A program made the position numbers and the translations under genes. A model generated the notes under the pieces. That model was given only the letters and a program-made list of their open reading frames with translations, had not been told where the DNA came from and searched no databases. A DNA stretch of 64,000 bases from Lophium mytilinum (taxonomy: Eukaryota): the NCBI GenBank assembly GCA_010093605.1, contig MU004182.1, forward strand, positions 507,502 through 571,501, read 5' to 3'. Positions 50,950-62,035 of this stretch are shown in pieces; positions within the stretch are counted from its first letter, which is position 1, and each line of letters begins with the position of its first letter.

Positions 50950-52255
50950 GGGCCATACGTCTGGGCACACAGATCTATCACTGCTGCTTAGTTCCAATGT
51001 TGCATACCTAATACCACTGTAGGGGGTAGTCTAGCTGCCGGCCAGCTAATTAACCAAGAGCTAGTCTAATCTGCACCGCTTGAAATTTAACATCGTCCTT
51101 GGATCTCCAAAATCCTAAGTACCAGAGTTTATGACTACTTGGCTCTAATATTGCTCATCTGCTGATACCGTAGGCGATAGCCTAGCTAATTAATAGCTTA
51201 TTAGTCAAGAGGTAGTCTATTTTGCCGCGCTTAAATTATAGCATTGCCTTGGACCTCTTTATATCTAGGCACACGAAACTTTCACCGCATAGCTTTGATA
51301 TTGCTCACTTAACAACACCGTAGGGGGTAGCCTGGCTACCAACTAGCTGCATAGTCAAGAGGTAGTCTAATCTGCACCGCTTAAAACTCAATATCGCCCT
51401 TAGATTTCCATAAGTCTGGCACACGAAAATTAAGCCGCTCAGCGTTTAATATTGCTTACTTAACGATACCGTAGGGGGTAGCCTGGCTACCGACTAGCTA
51501 ATCAGTCAAGAGATAGTGTAATTCGAACCCTCTAAAAGTTGACATCTGCCAAAATTATTTTGAGCACGTGAGGGCACCTCTTACAGCGCCACCACCCCTC
51601 CAAAACAACACCTCCGTTCTAATTTTCTCGATGTCCATCGCCTATCTGGGCCACCTCAGACGCTGGCAAGCACCTCTATGCATTTTAGCTTAGCACTCGT
51701 CCCAATATGCACTGTCTAGAACTGGACATCGCCCTTGGATATCCATTAGTCTAGGCACATAAATCTGTCAATAGTTAGTCTTAGTATTGCTCACTTGATA
51801 CCACTGTAGGGGGTGGTCTAGCGGCCGACCAGCCAATCAGTGAAGAGTCAGTCTAATTTGCACTGTTTCCTTAGATCTATATAAGCCTGCGCACATAAAT
51901 CTACCACTGCATGGCTCTCATGTTGCTCACTTAACACCACTGTGGGGAGTGGTCTAGCTGCTGACTAGTAATTAGTCAAGAGTGAGTCTAATATGCAATG
52001 TCTCTTTAGATTTTTGTATGTATGGGCACACGAATCTGTTAATGCTTGGCTTTATTGTTGCTCACTCAACACCACTGTGGGGGTAAGTCTAGCTGCTGGC
52101 CAGCTAGCTGGTCAAGAGTCAGTCTGATCTGCACTGTTTTCTTGGATATCTAAGGCTGGGCACACGAATCTATCACTGCTTGGTTCTCATGTTGCTCACT
52201 CAACACCACTGTAAGGGGTAGCCTGACCGCTAAGTAGCTTATTAGTCAAAAGTCC
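50950..52255. repeat. Diverged tandem repeat array (~150-bp x4 and ~135-bp x4 units)
   Basis: The core GCACAC...TTGCTCACT...CCACTGTAGGGGGTAG...TAGTCAAGAG...AGTCTAAT recurs with anchors at ~50965, ~51119, 51269, 51419, 51755, 51891, 52026 and 52160. Confidence 0.9.
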
Positions 52256-52275
52256 GCCCAATTTGAAGTCATAAA

Positions 52276-53571
52276 TCACTCCTCTTCCTTCTGTCCCACA
52301 CCACCCAGCACACCTCCAAGCAGTCCCCCAACGCCCTTATACACGCCACCAGCCGTACTCCCCACACCCCCAATCAAATCCCCCTTCCCCAGCTTCCCCA
52401 CCCCCTCCCCAACTCCTCCAGTGAGCCCACTCACGCCATCACCAAGCCCCTTCCCAACACCCCCGACCACTCCGCCCAACGGCCCCCCCACCGTCTCCCC
52501 AACCCCCCCCCCCCCCCCCCCCCCCCCCGTATTCCCCACCCCCCCCCCCCCCCCGTATTCCCGACGCCCGAGCCCAGCCCCGCCGCCGTACCCCTCGCAT
52601 CCCCCTTCCCAATCGCATTCGTCGTCTTCGACACCGTCCCCTGCAGTCCCTTCGTCGTGCCGCCGATCGTATAGTCCAGCCCGTCCGTCACATTCGACGC
52701 CGTCTTCCCCACGCCGTCGGTGACGTGCTTGACGGGCTTGCCGACGCCGGCGGGCATTCTATCGAGGCCGTAGCCAGCGGTGCCGGTGACGCCGCCGACG
52801 ACGCCGGACACGCCTGAGGTTGCGGTCGAGGTGGTGCTGTTGAGGCCGGAGGAGAGGGTGGAGACGCCCTTGTTGGTGGTGCCGGTGACGACGTTGGAGG
52901 TTTTACTGAGGGCGGATTGGGGCTTTGCGGAGGCTTTTTTAGCGGCGGGGGAGGAGGTGGTGGGGGTGGTGGGTGTGAGTTTCTTGGGGGCGGGTTTTTT
53001 GAGGGGTTTCGGGGTTGTCGAGGCGGGTTCGGATGCTGGAGTGGTGCCTTTGGGGGTGGGAATAAGTGGCGTAGCGCCGGGGGTACTGGCGATCTTGCTG
53101 GTTGGGGCGGGTTTCTTGTTGGCAGCTGGAGAGGAGGTGGAAGGGGTTTCTTTCTTCAATGGGGTTGAGGTAGTCTCTGAAGGAGTAGCTTTTGCGGGTG
53201 TTGTGGTCTTTGGTTTCGCAATAGGGAGTGGCTTTTTGGTCCCAATAGGGGTCCTAGTAGCAGCAGATTTCGCCGCTGGCGTTGTGCTAGAAGCTGAGTC
53301 TCCAAGTTTTGTGGGAGCAGCCTTTGCTGGCGTAGTCTTCGCAGGTGTTGTCGTCTTCGCTTTCGCAACAGGGAGAGGTTTCTTGGTTCCAATAGGTGTG
53401 CGTGTCTTCGCAGGAGTGGCTGCTGGAGTCTTTTTTGCACCATCTGCTATCTTAGAAACACCATCTATAGTATCATGTTAGTTGAGCGCTGTATCATTTA
53501 CCAATAGTGCAATGGCGGTACGAACCCTGAAGAGCGGCATTCTGCTTCTTGAGGTCGTCAACTGCTGACAT
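52276..53571 (-). CDS. Lys/Thr/Pro-rich, C-terminally Gly-rich low-complexity protein (frame disrupted in poly-G tracts)
   Basis: MSAVDDLKKQNAALQ, an intron, then a TPAK-rich region (RTPIGTKKPLP x2) and GVGKT/GGVG repeats. The frame changes within the long C runs at 52503-52555 (plus strand). Confidence 0.65.
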
Positions 53572-53757
53572 GATTGAAAATTTACGTCGAGAATATGGAT
53601 ATAGTTGATATGGTTTTAGATTTGATATATTTTGAAGCTCAACTTGTGGTTAATATTGACTGTATCAGAGAGGAAATCGGGATGAAAATATAAGTCTCAT
53701 GAGAGTGCTCGCTACGTCATGATGCAGGGAGGGGGCCTCGACCTGGTCAGAACTTGG

Positions 53758-54242
53758 ATTTGTCGGGTGCAAAATAGCAGTCAATCCTTGGCACATTTCT
53801 CTGCCACACCACACAATCTCTAAAGAACACTAACTATACAATATACTAATAGAATTAATCTTAAAAGCTAAAGATCTTTATATCTAGGCTGCTAGAGTAT
53901 GTTTTCTAGGTTTTAGGCATTATTAATTACTTTTAAGTGTATAGTTCTAGGTCTAGTAAGCACGTAAGAAGAGGTATACCTAGCCGCCCGCAAAAGTACC
54001 GCCGGAAGTACTGCCGCAAACATCCCGCCCGCGAAAAGGTCTAAACTTTACTATTAGATAAATTGTCCGCCCTCTTATATAATAAGCCTAGAATTTAGGC
54101 TTAGAGTAAAGAGTATATAAACTAGCTCCTATAGAAGTTTAACGGTAATAGCCCTATCTTTACATAACTTGAACTTTTAGAAATCGTGTGGTGTGGCAGA
54201 GAAATGTGCCAAGGATTGACTGCTATTTTGCACCCGACAAAT
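53758..54242. mobile_element. MITE-like non-autonomous DNA element with 57-bp perfect terminal inverted repeats
   Basis: 53758-53814 (ATTTGTCGGGTGCAAAATAGCAGTCAATCCTTGGCACATTTCTCTGCCACACCACAC) is the exact reverse complement of 54186-54242. The interior is AT/TpA-rich with no ORF. Confidence 0.88.
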
Positions 54243-54467
54243 GTTTCGCTTCGAGAGCAACGCGTTCGTAATGCACTACAAGGGCCATGCCTGGGCACGT
54301 CGTATGTAGATCAGGGTTGGATCTTGGAAGCTTGCAAGATCTCATCGTCCGGGGTCTCGTTAGTCACGTGGCGCCAAGAGATCAGTGAAGTTCCAAAGCG
54401 CGATCTCCCGCATTAGCTTTTCACTAAAAAGCTACCACCCCACAAAACACCACTCCATGCATCGCCA

Positions 54468-55837
54468 ATGTTCGACACTGTGTGCACCCTCCCGCTGACC
54501 TCGGACCTCTTCGCCCAGGCCATTCACCCGTCTGAGCCAATTGTCTCGGTTGGCCTTGCTGGTGGCCATGTTCAGACCTATCGCCTCCCCCCAGTAGCCT
54601 TTGACGGCAGCTCTGGGGGCGATGTGACCGCGCCGGAGAACGGATTTGGGACCATAGACACAATCTGGAGGACCCGACGGCACAAAGGAAGCTGTAGGAC
54701 CCTCGCCTTTAGCGTTGATGGATCCCAATTGTATTCTGCTGGTACCGATGGCCTCGTAAAAGCCGCCGACTCAATGACCGGACAGGTCGTCTCGAAGATT
54801 GCTATACCGCATGACGCGTAAGTTTCTACTATTCATACCCCCCCCCAAGGCTTCCTACAGCTGTAGTGGGGCTTGTCGGACTGCATTGGGCTCTCCAGCT
54901 AACTTGGATTAGAACTACAAACAAGTCGGATGCGCCCGCCCTACTCCACGGTCTATCGCCCCAAACGTTACTCCTCGCGACCGATTCCTCAGCCCTACAT
55001 ATATATGACATCCGTGCACCACACTCGCAACTTGCTTCGAGACCTAGTCAGACCCATCATCCGCACGACGATTATATTGCCTCTTTGACCCCTCTTCCAC
55101 CATCCGCCGCTAGCACCAGCGGGTTCAGCAAACAATGGGTGACCACAGGCGGAACTACACTCGCTGTAACTGATCTTCGGCGGGGTGTCTTAGTCCGCAG
55201 CGAAGATCAGGAGGAGGAAATGCTGAGCTCGGTTTTCGTGGGAGGCATGACTGCGAGGGGAACTAGCAAAGGAGAAAAGATACTTGTCGGAGGAGGCAGC
55301 GGCGTGCTGACTCTCTGGGAGCGCGGTCAATGGGATGATCAAGACGAACGAATCATTGTCGATCGGAACCCCAAAGGTGGAGAAAGCCTAGATGTATTGA
55401 CAGCGGTTCCTGAAGGCATTGGAGCATGGGGCAAGATCGTAGCAGTGGGCCAGGGCGATGGTCTCGTGCGATTTGTGCGCATCGGGCAGAACAAAGTGAT
55501 CGCCCAGCTCAGGCATGATGGGGAGTATGAGGATCAGGACCACCCTGGAGAACCTGTCGTCGGCCTGGGCTTCGATGTGGGTGGGCGCATGATCAGCGGT
55601 GGCGGCACGAAGCTCAAGGTCTGGCATGAGAAGGTTGCAAACGAAGACGAGGCCGAAGAAGCAGAGGGAAATGGAGTCAGCAAGAGAGAGTTGAGCGACG
55701 ATAGTGACGAAGAAGATGAGGAGGACGAGGACAGCAGCGACGACGAGCGGAAGCGACGCAAGCGAAAGAAGCAGAATAAAGGGAAGGACAGAATCGGAAA
55801 TCACGGTATCATGGCAACTTTCAGTGGGTTGGATTAG
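54468..55837 (+). CDS. JIP5: WD-repeat protein JIP5 (WDR55-like)
   Basis: [21 protein letters not shown]...[11 protein letters not shown]...SAGTDG..., [37 protein letters not shown], acidic/basic tail and F.GLD end. One intron. Confidence 0.9.
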
Positions 55838-56273
55838 TTCAACCCGCATATCTCGGGACGTGACGCTGGTGAGTAGGATACCCGTGCATTGCAGTCCAGT
55901 CCTCGCTTCTGAGGTTTCTCATGCAATGTTCACTTTTCGGTCTAGTATACCTTAGTCTTTGGGTCTGATCAGCTCATACCTTCTCTTCTCAATTCGGATC
56001 ATATTATGGTCTGTTGTAAGTTTTCAAAAATATATCAGATGGAGAACTCTTCTCATCTAAAACAATCGAGTGAAGCGTCTCACTTCTTACAACATGGGGA
56101 ATTGATGAGTTCCGCGCCTCGGCACAGTATTTGTCACATGATTTTGGCTCATTGCATTACTTCTACATCTATACTCGAGGGTGCTGTCGTTTTCTAAAGC
56201 CTAATTAGGCCTATTCCGAGCCGCTTTGCAGCTGTTACAGAGAAGAAAGTTGAGATGGACATAGACCGCTACC

Positions 56274-58073
56274 TCATAGATCAAGCCGAGCGGCCCGATC
56301 CTCCAGTCCATCGAAATCGGTCATCCAAGGCCGCGAGGTCCGTGAAGAAAGAACTCGATTATGGCGGCCCTGCGCATTGATATCCGAACAATTGTCATCC
56401 CAAAAGGTCCGGAATTGAGTTCCCATCTTCCCTCCATGACCAGGAAGCCTTCCAAGAGCGTCTTTCACGTTCAAGAAGAGATCCAAAGTTTCATTGGACA
56501 AGCCCCAGCCGCATATGAACAGCATGTGTTTCTCATCGGAGCGGTACACCATATTTTTTCGGCTGTAAACGACTTCGGCATGGAACTGATCGTACACCGC
56601 TTTTGCGGGGATGAGTGACGGGATTCCGAATCTGAGTCCCATGTCGGTGAGGAAGTTCAAATGGAGATAGAGCATATGTTTGTATTTGTTAGGTTCTACG
56701 CTTATGGTTGGCACGTGCCTCGGGACAAACAACGGCACCTCGAAACCTCCTTCGGTCTGAAGCGCGCGTTCCACGATGGTCTTTCCGCTGCTGTCTCGCC
56801 TTGTCACATCCGCTTTGGCCTCAATCAGGAGCCCTGCCCAGCCGAGCTTGCTGCTGGAATAGCTGGGCTTGCTGGAATCGCTTGACATGACGAGATGGAG
56901 TGGCGTTTGACCTCGAGAGTTGCGGACGTTGAGGTTCCTGCAGTAGGGGAGAAGATCCCGAAAGACCTTCGTAGGGCATCCCGGCTTCTCAATGAGCTTG
57001 TGTAGTGAGTGGTCGCCGTCGGGATGCAAGATGTCCGGATTCGCACCCGCACGTAGAAGAGATTCCGTGATAGTGAAGCGCAATTCGAAGGGAGACTGGA
57101 AGAATGCGCAGTTGAGAGGATTCCAAGTATCGTCGGGCCCTCCGATGTCAGGGTTGACGCCCATTCGGAGTAGAGCGTGTACGATGGGCCACTGCGCGGT
57201 ATTGGTGGCGTAGTGGAGCAGATTGCCGGTTTCTGGCGTCGCCCATTTCAGGTCCGCTCCGTGTTCGACTAGAATGTGGAGGATCCACGGAAGCTCCGCC
57301 TTGAACGTCTGAGGGGTTGGACGCACGGGGGTGAGGCTCCGATCGACGTGGTGTTCCCTCGACAAGCTCATTGGGTCCGCTCCAAGCTGCAGTAACAGTC
57401 TCATCTATGGTACGTTAGTTAGAGTACGTGTGTAGGGTTCTTGTCTCGAACTTACAACTTTCTCTTCGCCCTTTCCGAAGGCCGCTTCATCACCGGTATA
57501 GGCTAGCAAGCGGGTTTCATATTGCTGAACGTGGGCCATTTGGCCCGCTTCGTGGCTCGCATACGTAGGAGTGGCCCGAAACTGCAGCAGCCACTTCTGG
57601 AGGAGCTCGGTCATCTGGCTGGGGAAAGTGTTCCTATCATGGCCTTGCTTCACCGCATATTGGAGCATCGTGAGCAGGATCTCCGTCCGAAGGCCAAGGT
57701 TATCCCCAGGAAACCTGGCACCCCACTCCCACCTCGCCCAATGCTGCGGAACCGAATCCAACGCGGGCCAAAACCCGCTCGGGGAGATTCCACTAGCATC
57801 GTGGTTGACAAGGTACTCAACCATGGAGTGGATGTTGTGTTTGATGGCCCATTCCATTGCGGGTAGCGTCCGAATATATCTGGGGAATGTGGGTCCGATA
57901 TCTGCGGCGCTATTTAGGTCCTCCGGCTTGTCTGCAATGGCGCGCTTGTGAAGTTCCTTGCCTAGGTATGCACGAAGACGGGGATGGGCTTCGATGGTGT
58001 GTTTGAGGTCTTTGTTGGTGAGGTCTTTGGCGACTTCGAGCATGACCTCCATGGGAAGCTCGAGTAGGCCCAT
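56274..58073 (-). CDS. F-box-like/ankyrin-repeat protein (paralog A)
   Basis: F-box-like N-terminus MGLLELPMEVMLEVAKDL; intron 57405-57455; ankyrin motifs LLQLGADP, LVEHGADL, LLRMGVNP, LLRAGANP, RNSRGQTPLH and LIEAKADVTRRDSSGKT. Confidence 0.82.
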
Positions 58074-58852
58074 CGTGCTGCTTGCGTCGGTTTTAGGACT
58101 AGGGATACACGTTTTGAACTAGGGAGTTGAGTGGGGAGAGTTTGTAGTTAGGACTTGAAGTGGTGGTGGGGTGCTTCGGAGGGACGTGTTTGGAAGATGG
58201 ATTGTTTGAATGGAGAGGCTGCTCTAGTACATGGAGCTAAACCGGTGAATACAAGGCGAGAAAAGTTGTGGGTGAGATTATGCAAAATATGCATAATGCC
58301 TCTTTCACTCTTCCTACGATCATTAATTATCCCCTAGGGCACAAAATAACTTACGTCATTCGAGACTTCCACCATATCGGCAAAAGCGGACAACGCACAT
58401 GGAATAAGCTAGGGCGCGATGGTGTGAAAGCCTATGATATCATCGTAGAAAAGTGGCTTGTCCCACCTAGTGTATTTGTTTAGATTGATTTTGTGTACTT
58501 CCAAATCATCAAATGCCTGGGTGGGTGAGTTTGCTGTAGGCCTTTTCAGGACCGCTTCTCTGCAGGTTGTTTGAATTCACAACTCTAAGTTTGCCGTGGC
58601 CTTTTCAGGACCGCTTCGAAGGGTTGTGTGTTCGAACTTGGAGGCATTTCTTTTTTTCACTGTTTTCTTTTCCTTTCTTTTTTGCACTTATCTAATGTCC
58701 ACTACACCTGTCTACACTCCTCTTTTCTCTACTTTGAACTACGTTACTTCTCACCTCCATATCACAGGCTTCCTGAAGATGGCGACGAAATTCTTCTCCG
58801 CCGTGCCTGTCGACGTGGACGCTGTCTTACACGCTTTGAAAGCAGGACGGTT

Positions 58853-59270
58853 TAACCGTGTAAGAGAATCTTTAATAGACATGGATGGGACGTAAAGGAA
58901 TGTGCGGTGTGTAGCCAACGTAGTCCCGTTTATTAGAAGAAGTCACGGATCTAACCGCGTGAGAGAATCTTTTCTAGACGTGGAGGGCACGCAAAGGGTA
59001 CGCGGGTGTATAGCTAACGTAGTCCCTTTTATCATTAGAAGAACTCACGGCTCTAAGCGCGTAAAATACTATAGTAACGGTAAATATTACGCAAGGGGAT
59101 ACGCTACACGCACCTTTTGTAGTCCCTTTAGTAAGAAGATTTCTCGGATCTAACCGTATACAAAGTGTTGCACGAGACGTTAAATGCACGTAAAGGGGTA
59201 CGCTACGTACACCCTGCGTAGTCTATTTTATCGGCAACAGTCTCGAATTTAACCGTGCAAGAGAATTTTT
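58853..59270. repeat. Diverged ~99-bp tandem repeat (4 units + partial)
   Basis: Units begin TAACCG/TAAGCG at 58853, 58952, 59054, 59151 and 59250. They share the blocks GAGAATCTTT, CGYAAAGG and GTAGTCCC. Confidence 0.8.
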
Positions 59271-59412
59271 AGTTGATTGAGCAGCACGAATCTGAAGTGT
59301 CTACTTCTCGAGATATAGATCGTGATTCCGGGTTGGCTAGGCTACTCCTCACAGTGATGGTAAGCGGGTAAAAGTGGTGTTAGGTCAGCGAGATCTTGGT
59401 GTGTAGGGAATT

Positions 59413-59542
59413 ACGATAGTTGAGCACGCTGGGCACAAAAGGTTGGCACACTAAGTAGATGTGCTGTCTCGTGTGGTTCCGAGTGTGTACATCTGTCTGC
59501 CGCTGCTGAAAGTGCTTCAATATGTTTCCACATGGCCCGAAG
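59413..59542 (-). repeat. Left arm of ~130-bp inverted repeat pair (partner 61645-61772)
   Basis: Its reverse complement aligns with 61645-61772 (ATGTGGAAACA.ATTGAAGCA...CAGCGGCAGACAGATG...CACTCGG.ACCACACGAGACA...TTTGTGCCCAGC.TGCTCA), roughly 80% identical by eye. Confidence 0.8.
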
Positions 59543-59816
59543 GCAAAAGTTTCCATCTCGTTGACTTTTCTCAAAATTCATTGAGGCACCACAAGCAGCG
59601 GCAGACACGTGTACACTTCCCTAGATTAGTGAGTTTGACGTATTGGTAGGTGCCCTATCACATGCCTGCTTTAGTGTGCGGCACGTGACCATATATTCCT
59701 TGGCAGTGGGTTATGATAGGGAGCGACCTATCGCAACAACATCAACAAACACCTCTCACCCCTCACCTCTCACCTCTGGACTTTTTTCCTTCCAGCACCG
59801 TGCTGCTCTGTTCAAG

Positions 59817-61591
59817 ATGTCGCTCATCAGCATGCCGGCAGAGCTCCACCCGGAGATCGCCAGCTACTGCACCAACAGGAGCCTCAAGAAGCTCATCGAA
59901 GCTCATCCTTTGCTTCATGAGCGCCTGCAGTTCGAGCTCCACCAACGTGCGATTTCTCCCAAGCCAGTAGAAATTAAGAACCTCGTAGACAGGGACCCAC
60001 AAGATACCGAAGATGAGCACAAGTCGGAGCCAGCGATTTGGTGGGCCATTCGTCATTGCCGCAGTGAGTTGGTCGACTATCTTCTTCGGCATGATGTTGG
60101 AGGTCCTGATGAGAGTGGAGACTGGCCGTTATTGCGGTGGCTTACGGCATGTGGTACCTCGTGTGGTACCTCAAGGTGGAACAGCTCCTTTCGTATCGAT
60201 CAGTACGACAAGTTCGACCCATTCCAGTATTCCGACGGCTTCTGGATCAGCACCCTAAACACGGCGGTTCAGTATGCAGCACAACTCGGTCCAGTGCGAA
60301 AGAGTAGTATCAATTCCGACCAACTGACGAATACTCTCGGGATATTCTTACGTAAGGTTCCTCGAGTGAATTGGAATCTCTCCAAGGTGTGTGAGCTAGC
60401 ACATAACAAGCTGTGTGGCTGCGCGTGGAAAGTCAGTAACTTGGAAATGGCAACAGTAAGTTCCTACAGTTACCCTAACCATAATTATGATGAGAGGAAG
60501 TTAATGCAAAACTCGTAGTTCAAGCTACTTCTCGCTCTAGGAGCGAACCCATACGGACGACTATCTACGACTCAGACTCGCCAAAAACTCAGAGAGCCTT
60601 TCGCTTTCCAAGTGAGAGATGCCGAGTTCCTGAAGCTTCTGGTGGAAGCAGGCGGCGACATCTTCTACAAGAAACTTCGTCATCAAAGCACTGTGAAGGT
60701 TGCACTCCACCGTGCGTTAAAGACTCAATACTCGCCCCAAGTACTTGATCTCATCCTGGGCTTCGGTGCAGATCCGAACGAAGGAATCCGTCACGGGGGC
60801 CGCCTCTCAAAATCGCCATCAAAGGAAAGAGTGTATCGCGAGCACAAATACTACTTGATCATGGCGCGAAACCGATTAACGTCATCCACGACGCTCTTCA
60901 GCTCCTCCCTACTGCTCCCGCCATCCACGTCTTCAAGTGTATCGCATCTCTGGAGCCGAACATCGATGTGCTCAGTGATAGAACGACCCCATTCTTCTAC
61001 GACAAACAGCCAGCACTATTCCGGGCGTTTAGAAATTTCGACCTACAATACGCTAGGATATTGGTTGAATCGGGCGCTGAAATGACAAGAGAAACAATCA
61101 CAGACAAAGCAGTGGTCACAGACAAAGCAGTGGTTTACTGTAGCCAGGAGGAACATAGGGATCGATTCTGCGATTACCACAACTTTGTCACAGATTTTGG
61201 CCTCAAGTTGCGGAAGATGGACATCATTCCACTTGAGAGCATCAGCAGGGCCTTGGATAAGACCTGGTTCAACCACATACCTACTGACCAGGAATCACTT
61301 ACCAATCTCAAGACCTATTGGAAGATTATGTTAAACGTTCTGGATGCGATGGAGAGGTTCCCAGCTAGCGGGCCCGACATGCCGGCTTTCTGCGCGAGGT
61401 GGAAACAGGCACGTCCACATGTTGAGGCCGCGCTTGGCGATGAAGAGTGGATGCATTGGTCGCCGGAGGAGTGGGATTTTACGCGAGAACATCGGTGGTG
61501 GATGAAGGATGCCAAAGCAAAAGAGGCTCACAAGTATCATGCTACTTGGCCATGGTTTACGGGTGGCGACCCCCCGCCCCCCCTCTATTAG
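59817..61591 (+). CDS. F-box-like/ankyrin-repeat protein (paralog B; apparent frameshift at ~60795)
   Basis: MSLISMPAELHPEIASYCTNRSLKKLIEAHP aligns to paralog A, and intron 60456-60518 is at the same position. Ankyrin motifs LLALGANP, LVEAGGDI, LGFGADPN, then a frame change to LLDHGAKP and LVESGAEM. Confidence 0.72.
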
Positions 61592-61644
61592 AGAGGCTAG
61601 GGTGGAGGAGGATAAGGAGTTTGAGGGAGGAACAGAGCTCTCAG

Positions 61645-61772
61645 CTTTGGGCTATGTGGAAACAAATTGAAGCAGTTCAAACAGCGGCAGACAGATGCAG
61701 ACACTCGGGACCACACGAGACAACATTTGGTTGACGTGCCACCTCTTTGTGCCCAGCATGCTCACCTACCGT
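61645..61772 (+). repeat. Right arm of ~130-bp inverted repeat pair (partner 59413-59542)
   Basis: See the left arm. It lies ~54 bp after the stop codon of paralog B. Confidence 0.8.
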
Positions 61773-62035
61773 CTGGTTGTATTGGTCTACCACTGCCTGA
61801 GATGGCTTATGGGTGGTCAGCTGGTCAAAAAAGTCTGGCCAAATATGTGGACACTCCCTCAAGGCGCCATAAGCAGCGATGAAAGAGTGTACCCACGTTG
61901 GTGACCATGCTGCGCCAGAGAAAGAAGCAGAACAATAGAGAAGAAATTTCACGTGCTTAGACAATACCAAGATGTATATTATATATTACATATCCGAGGC
62001 TTTTCAAATACGGGGAAGCTCTCTACTTGTAAGCT

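Noticed and set aside
50950..52255. Repeat array as a CRISPR locus or a repeat-protein CDS
   Set aside because: Fungal context, whole units are homologous with no unique spacers, and no cas genes. Unit lengths are not consistently multiples of 3 and the frames contain stops.
52780..53481. 233-aa hydrophobic plus-strand ORF
   Set aside because: Antisense of the Lys/Thr/Pro-rich gene, which has the ATG and intron signals on the minus strand.
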